A stretch of DNA of 63,424 bases, counting the filler. It is 5 parts of 5 records of this genome, joined end to end, with 100 filler letters (N's around TTAATTAATTAA, not from the genome) between each part and the next. Parts side by side here need not be neighbours in the genome. Positions count along the whole stretch, not along the records: positions 52,768 to 63,424 come from SRR31156797_10225; 4 more parts are not named here. One strand, given 5' to 3'. Numbering within the stretch: position 1 is the stretch's first letter; every line of letters begins with the position of its first letter. Shown here piece after piece: positions 57,827 through 63,424 of this stretch. A model generated the notes under the pieces. The model did not search any database, was not told the DNA's origin, and worked only from the letters and a program-made list of their open reading frames with translations. The position numbers were made by a program, and so were the translations under genes.

Positions 57827-60800
57827 CTAACCGTTTATATTAGGTCCCAACCACTTCTCAGCTTCAACCCTATCCCAACCTTTACGCTCAGCATAGCTCT
57901 TCACTTGATCATCCTGAATTTGCGCGACAGCAAAATAACGAGAATCCGGATGAGAGAAATACCAACCGGATACTGAAGCGCCTGGCATCATCGCGTAACT
58001 GGTTGTCAGTTCCATACCAATTTTTTCTTGTACACCAAGCAGATCCCAAATTGGACCTTTCTCAGTATGCTCTGGACATGCAGCATAACCCGGAGCTGGT
58101 CGAATACCTTGATACTTCTCGCGAATCAGATCTTCATTACTTAGGTTTTCATCTGGAGCATATCCCCAGATTTCAGTACGAACTTTCATGTGCAAGTACT
58201 CAGCAAAAGCCTCAGCTAAACGGTCAGCAACGGCTTGAATCATAATCGCGTTATAATCGTCACCTTTCGCTTTAAAGTCATCAGCGAGCTCACGCTCACC
58301 AATACCACCGGTAACCGCAAACATACCGATCCAATCTTGTTTACCGCACTGCTTTGGAGCGACAAAGTCAGACAAACAGTAGTTGGCACCCTTAGGTTTT
58401 TGGGTTTGTTGACGTAAATGATGTAGAACTTTAACCACCTGCTGGCGTGATTCATCCGCATACACTTCGATATCATCACCAACGCTTGCTGCTGGGAACA
58501 AACCACAGATGCCATTGGCTTTCATTAAGCCTTCACGTTCAACACGATCAATCCAATCATTGGCATCTTTGAATAACTTGCGAGCTTCTTCGCCGACCAA
58601 TTCATGATCCAAGATAGCAGGATACTTACCAGACAAAGACCAAGTCATGAAAAATGGTGTCCAATCGATGTATTGGCGCAGTACCGATACATCAAAATCT
58701 TTAAACACATGAATACCCGGCTGAACTGGTACTGGCGGAGTATAAGTTTGCCAATCAATAGCAGCTTTATTCTCTCGAGCTTGCTCTAAAGTCACTGGAC
58801 GACTCTTTGGCTTTTTCCGCGCATGCTGATCACGGGTACGTTCGTAATCCAGATTCAAACGCTCTATAAACTCAGGGCGACGCTCCTCAGAGAGCAAAGC
58901 CGAACACACACCGACAGCTCGTGAAGCATTATTCACATAAACCACTGGTTTATGGTAATTTTGCTCAATTTTAACCGCTGTATGCGCTTTAGAGGTCGTT
59001 GCACCACCAATCAGAAGGGGAAGTTCGAATCCTTGGCGTTCCATCTCTTTAGCAACATGCACCATTTCATCCAGAGAAGGAGTAATTAGACCCGACAAGC
59101 CAATAATATCGACATTCTCTTCACGAGCGACTTTTAAAATTGTCTCGCATGGCACCATCACGCCAAGATCGATGATTTCGTAGTTATTACATTGCAGTAC
59201 TACGCCAACGATATTCTTACCGATATCGTGAACATCACCTTTTACTGTCGCTAACAGAATCTTACCGTTAGTAGAACCTGCTTGCTTTAGCGCGTTAATG
59301 TACGGCTCAAGATAGGCAACAGCTTGTTTCATTACACGTGCAGATTTAACCACCTGTGGAAGGAACATCTTACCTTCACCAAACAAGTCACCAACGACGT
59401 TCATGCCATCCATTAATGGACCTTCAATAACCTCAAGAGGTTTCGAAGCTTTGGCACGAGCTTCTTCAGTATCTTCTACGATAAACTCCGTGATACCTTT
59501 AACCAAAGCGTGCTCTAAACGCTTTTCAACTGGCCAGGTGCGCCATTCTAAGGCAGAGGCATCTTCTTCCTTACCAACTGCGTTCTCACGGTATTCTTCA
59601 GCAATCTCCAACAAACGTTCAGTCGCACCGTCATCGCGGTTTAGAATCACATCTTCAACCGCATCACGCAATTTATCAGGAACGTTATCGTAAATTTCTA
59701 GCTGGCCCGCGTTTACTATCCCCATATCCATACCGTTTTTAAAACAGTGATAAAGGAATACCGCGTGAATCGCTTCACGCACATAGTTGTTGCCGCGGAA
59801 TGAGAAAGAGACGTTAGATACCCCACCAGAGATCATGGCGTGTGGCAATTCACGTTTAATATCCGCAACTGCGTTAATAAAATCGACAGCGTAGTTATTG
59901 TGCTCATCGATACCCGTTGCAACAGCGAAGATATTCGGGTCAAAAATGATGTCTTCCGCAGGGAAACCAACTTCATCGACGAGAATATGATAAGCGCGGC
60001 GACAGATTTCGATCTTGCGTTTACGAGTGTCCGCCTGCCCCACTTCATCAAATGCCATCACGATTACTGCGGCACCATAGCGACGGATCAATTTAGCCTG
60101 ATGAATAAATTTCTCTTCGCCTTCTTTAAGGGAAATAGAGTTAACAATGCCCTTACCCTGAATACATTTCAGACCCGCTTCAATCACTTCCCATTTCGAG
60201 GAGTCGACCATAATAGGCACTTTTGAAATTTCAGGTTCTGATGCACAAAGCTTAAGGAATCGTTCCATACAAGCCAAAGCATCCAGCATGCCTTCATCCA
60301 TGTTGATGTCGATGATCTGTGCGCCATTCTCAACTTGCTCACGAGCTACATCTAATGCTTCATCATAGAGCTCTTCTTTGATTAGGCGCTTAAAGCGAGC
60401 AGATCCCGTTACGTTAGTTCGTTCACCGACGTTAACGAACAAAGTTTCAGGTGCGATACTTAACGGCTCTAATCCAGACAGACGACACTCAACACTGATT
60501 TCAGGAATAGCACGAGGAGTCACCCCTTCCACTGCGGCTGCCATCGCTGCAATATGTGCGGGCGTGGTACCACAACAACCACCAACCAAGTTTAAGAAGC
60601 CAGAGCGAGCCCATTCAGCAATGTGTTCCGCCATATCTTCTGCTGACAGATCGTATTCACCAAACGCATTCGGTAGACCCGCATTAGGGTGAGCTGAAAC
60701 GAAGCATTCTGAGATACGAGAAAGCTCTGCTACATATTGACGTAACTCATCAGGGCCAAGTGCACAGTTCAAACCAAAAGAGATAGGACGAACGTGGCGC

Positions 60801-61507
60801 AAGGAGTTGTAGAAAGCTTCTGTTGTCTGGCCTGATAACGTGCGGCCAGAGGCATCCGTGATGGTACCGGAGATCATCACTGGTAATGTGGTACCAAGCT
60901 CTTCAAACACAGCGTCAACAGCGAAGGCACAAGCTTTCGCATTCAACGTGTCGAAAATGGTTTCAATCAGAATTAAATCGCTGCCGCCTCTGATTAGCGC
61001 ACGAGTTGATTCTGAGTAAGCGACTACAAGCTGATCGAACTCTACATTTCGATAACCCGGGTCGTTTACATCTGGGGAAATAGAACAGGTACGGTTAGTT
61101 GGACCTAAGACACCAGCAACATAACGTGGTTTATCTGGTGTTTTTGCCGTCCACTCATCAGCGACTTCACGCGCAAGCTTAGCCGCTTCGAAGTTAATTT
61201 CTTCGCTCAGCGACTGCATGTCATAGTCTGCCATAGCAATCGTCGTTGCATTAAAGGTGTTGGTTTCGAGAATATCCGCGCCCGCTTCTAAGTATTCAGC
61301 ATGGATTCCACGAATCAACTGAGGCTGCGTAAGAACGAGCAGATCATTATTCCCTTTCAGATCGCAATGCCAATCTGCAAACCGTTCACCACGGTAGTCC
61401 TCTTCCTGCAGCTTATGCTCTTGGATCATGGTGCCCATACCACCATCGATCAACAAAATTCGTCGTTTTAATTGTTCTTCGATTTGGTGTTTTAGATTAC
61501 TACCCAC
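57827..61507 (-). CDS. metH: Cobalamin-dependent methionine synthase
   Basis: [25 protein letters not shown]12 motif DVHDIGKN and RPAPGY. Confidence 0.98.
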   Translation of the reverse strand: MGSNLKHQIEEQLKRRILLIDGGMGTMIQEHKLQEEDYRGERFADWHCDLKGNNDLLVLTQPQLIRGIHAEYLEAGADILETNTFNATTIAMADYDMQSLSEEINFEAAKLAREVADEWTAKTPDKPRYVAGVLGPTNRTCSISPDVNDPGYRNVEFDQLVVAYSESTRALIRGGSDLILIETIFDTLNAKACAFAVDAVFEELGTTLPVMISGTITDASGRTLSGQTTEAFYNSLRHVRPISFGLNCALGPDELRQYVAELSRISECFVSAHPNAGLPNAFGEYDLSAEDMAEHIAEWARSGFLNLVGGCCGTTPAHIAAMAAAVEGVTPRAIPEISVECRLSGLEPLSIAPETLFVNVGERTNVTGSARFKRLIKEELYDEALDVAREQVENGAQIIDINMDEGMLDALACMERFLKLCASEPEISKVPIMVDSSKWEVIEAGLKCIQGKGIVNSISLKEGEEKFIHQAKLIRRYGAAVIVMAFDEVGQADTRKRKIEICRRAYHILVDEVGFPAEDIIFDPNIFAVATGIDEHNNYAVDFINAVADIKRELPHAMISGGVSNVSFSFRGNNYVREAIHAVFLYHCFKNGMDMGIVNAGQLEIYDNVPDKLRDAVEDVILNRDDGATERLLEIAEEYRENAVGKEEDASALEWRTWPVEKRLEHALVKGITEFIVEDTEEARAKASKPLEVIEGPLMDGMNVVGDLFGEGKMFLPQVVKSARVMKQAVAYLEPYINALKQAGSTNGKILLATVKGDVHDIGKNIVGVVLQCNNYEIIDLGVMVPCETILKVAREENVDIIGLSGLITPSLDEMVHVAKEMERQGFELPLLIGGATTSKAHTAVKIEQNYHKPVVYVNNASRAVGVCSALLSEERRPEFIERLNLDYERTRDQHARKKPKSRPVTLEQARENKAAIDWQTYTPPVPVQPGIHVFKDFDVSVLRQYIDWTPFFMTWSLSGKYPAILDHELVGEEARKLFKDANDWIDRVEREGLMKANGICGLFPAASVGDDIEVYADESRQQVVKVLHHLRQQTQKPKGANYCLSDFVAPKQCGKQDWIGMFAVTGGIGERELADDFKAKGDDYNAIMIQAVADRLAEAFAEYLHMKVRTEIWGYAPDENLSNEDLIREKYQGIRPAPGYAACPEHTEKGPIWDLLGVQEKIGMELTTSYAMMPGASVSGWYFSHPDSRYFAVAQIQDDQVKSYAERKGWDRVEAEKWLGPNING

Positions 61508-61561
61508 AATACAGCCTCACTATTCCTTTTTGCTTGTTCGACATCCTATCACAGTTCGATT

Positions 61562-61577
61562 AGAAATCTAGACGTCT
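61562..61577. promoter_or_regulatory. Tandem Met boxes (MetJ operator) upstream of metH
   Basis: AGAAATCT-AGACGTCT, the second being the perfect consensus. A further AAACATCT follows at 61579-61586. Confidence 0.8.
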
Positions 61578-61701
61578 AAAACATCTTATTGCTATAAATG
61601 TTTAAGTTAAAATTTTGATAAATTTGTTTGTAAAAAGTGTTTGCTATTTATTTATCATCAAAGGACAATTTCGCTCATATTTTGTTACATTTGAGAAGAA
61701 A

Positions 61702-63033
61702 ATGTCGGTCTACTACACGCTTTGCTTTTTATCCGCTGCAGCAATGATGATTGCCTTCCTAAACAGTAAGATAGGAAAAATGCAAACCACTATCGCCATC
61801 ACTGCTGGCTCTATGGTGCTTTCCCTACTTATCCTTATAGCGGGTCAAAACAATTGGTTCCACCTTACACAAATAGCCACAGAGACCGTCACTAGTATTA
61901 ATTTTGAAAGCTTCCTGCTCAAGGGCATTTTAGGTTTTCTGCTGTTTGCTGGAGGGTTAGGGATTAAGCTCCCAAACCTGAAAGATCAGAAATGGGAAAT
62001 CACAACGCTTGCATTAGGCGCTACGCTTTTTTCTACTTTCCTCATCGGCTTCGGGCTCTACGGATTCTGCCAACTATTAGGTATCCAACTGGATCTTGTC
62101 TATTGCTTGTTATTTGGTTCACTGATTTCACCAACAGACCCAATAGCAGTATTAGCCATCGTCAAAAAGCTCAACGCGCCTAAACGTATTTCAACTCAAA
62201 TTGAAGGCGAATCATTGTTTAATGATGGCTTCGGTTTAGTCATCTTCGTCACACTCTTCACCATCGCCTTTGGCAAAGAAGCTCCCACAGTAGGAAGCGT
62301 TGTCGCCCTGTTTGCTCAAGAGGCTCTTGGTGGCATCGTCTACGGCTTTCTGCTAGGTCTACTGTTCCACTACTTAATCAGTGCGACTAATGACCACTCT
62401 ATGGAGCTACTGTTAACTATCGGTATACCAACTGCAGGTTACGTGTTTGCTGATGTTATTCATGTATCAGGTCCGTTAGCTATGGTGGTATCAGGCATCA
62501 TGATTGGTAACTGGACCCGCTTTATTGGCTTCTCCAAAGAGAGTGAAGAGCACCTTGACCATTTCTGGGAGTTGGTCGATGAGTTCTTAAATGGCGTCCT
62601 ATTCCTGCTGATCGGTATGTCGATGCTTCTGTTTGAGTTCCATGAAGAAGACTGGATCATGATGGCATTTGCAGTCCCTCTGGTTCTATTCGCAAGGTAC
62701 AGCAGCGTATTTGTTTCTTATATCGGCTTTAAACGTTTTAGAAAATATAACCCTTGGTCTATTAAGATTCTGACTTGGGGTGGGTTACGAGGAGGGTTAG
62801 CATTAGCTATGGCGCTATCCATTCCTTCTGGAGTCATGGTTATTCCAGACAAACTCATTGATGTTAAAGAGCTGATTCTGGTTATGACATACGCCGTAGT
62901 GGTGTTTTCAATTTTAATTCAAGGTTCCACGATTACACCAATGATCGAAAAAGCCAAACTTAAAGAAAAAGAGATGGAAGAGCAAAGGCTTGCTGATAGT
63001 GATGTACAAGATAACCAGCAACAAAACGTTTAA
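61702..63033 (+). CDS. nhaP: Na+/H+ antiporter, CPA1/NhaP family
   Basis: ISPTDPIAVL, IEGESLFNDG, HVSGPLA and WGGLRGGLALA. Start reset to MSVYY. Confidence 0.88.
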   Translation: MSVYYTLCFLSAAAMMIAFLNSKIGKMQTTIAITAGSMVLSLLILIAGQNNWFHLTQIATETVTSINFESFLLKGILGFLLFAGGLGIKLPNLKDQKWEITTLALGATLFSTFLIGFGLYGFCQLLGIQLDLVYCLLFGSLISPTDPIAVLAIVKKLNAPKRISTQIEGESLFNDGFGLVIFVTLFTIAFGKEAPTVGSVVALFAQEALGGIVYGFLLGLLFHYLISATNDHSMELLLTIGIPTAGYVFADVIHVSGPLAMVVSGIMIGNWTRFIGFSKESEEHLDHFWELVDEFLNGVLFLLIGMSMLLFEFHEEDWIMMAFAVPLVLFARYSSVFVSYIGFKRFRKYNPWSIKILTWGGLRGGLALAMALSIPSGVMVIPDKLIDVKELILVMTYAVVVFSILIQGSTITPMIEKAKLKEKEMEEQRLADSDVQDNQQQNV

Positions 63034-63062
63034 GCGATTCTCTTCATCGATGAATTAAACAT

Positions 63063-63095
63063 AAGCAGTAACTCCACTCCAGTTACTGCTTTTTT
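63063..63095 (+). terminator. Intrinsic terminator of nhaP
   Basis: AAGCAGTAACT-CCACTCC-AGTTACTGCTTTTTT. Confidence 0.8.
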
Positions 63096-63406
63096 ATTGG
63101 ATACATCGACAGACTCCCATTAATACTTCCTAGCTCTTCCCCCCTATTTCCATACTCTGCAAACCGATAATTTACCTATAGTTTTTTCAGTTTTGGATTA
63201 ATAATTGAACCATGCTAAGTAATGACTAGTTAGCGTACGTTCCATGAACTCAATTTAAAAGTGTTCCAGATGTAAACCATCACAAATAGATATCTTAAGT
63301 GAAACATTTTAGTGTTTGTTTTATCGAAACTTTCTACACATATGAACAAGAGTGAAAGAAAGTATAGACTTAAGCCCTGTTATTTATGACGAGTCTTAGT
63401 AATAAG

Positions 63407-63424
63407 TGGCGGAGCGGACGGGAC
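63407..63424 (-). tRNA. 3' end of tRNA-Asp, truncated by the window edge
   Basis: The reverse complement GTCCCGTCCGCTCCGCCA is the T-stem 3' side, acceptor stem and CCA typical of gammaproteobacterial tRNA-Asp. The anticodon is not visible. Confidence 0.7.

Noticed and set aside
57900-60700. Many antisense ORFs inside metH, and similar ones within pyrE, fabD, prfC and the sugar genes
   Set aside because: These are typical antisense shadows of strongly codon-biased genes, with no independent motifs.
61508-61701. Cobalamin or SAM riboswitch upstream of metH
   Set aside because: The region is short and AT-rich with no B12-box or SAM consensus. Met boxes explain the regulation.

Overview
This window is not one locus. 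It is five unrelated contigs joined by 100-nt N spacers that carry a TTAATTAATTAA all-frame-stop linker (13822-13921, 30448-30547, 38483-38582, 52668-52767). (1) 1-13821 is from a very AT-rich diderm bacterium (best guess Fusobacteriota, not certain). It holds an agar/red-algal galactan utilisation locus: a GH50 beta-agarase lipoprotein, a LamB-type porin, eda-kdgK, a GH2 hydrolase, an AraC regulator and a URO-D/MtaA-like protein. It also has two recognisable sets of operators and an inserted FGE/C-type-lectin gene whose 3' end looks like a DGR variable region. (2) 13922-30447 is Campylobacterota (Arcobacter-like): housekeeping genes, a complete rsbR-S-T stressosome operon ending in an RsbX-GGDEF fusion, and a reduced T2SS/competence cluster. 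(3) 30548-38482 is Bacteroidota (prfC, MFS, peptidase C26, SPFH). (4) 38583-52667 is Bacteroidales (fabD, waaA, nucleotide-sugar genes), with a T9SS cargo gene bracketed by REP-like palindromes and a collapsed remnant of a sister unit. (5) 52768-63424 is Vibrio (PglL-like O-OTase, class V aminotransferase, lysine riboswitch-lysC, metH with Met boxes, NhaP, 3' end of tRNA-Asp). The most interesting candidates are the stressosome-to-c-di-GMP fusion module, the agar locus with a co-regulated MtaA/URO-D-like enzyme, the orphan DGR-like target, and the REP-bracketed T9SS unit. All assignments come from motif recognition only; no database searches were run.
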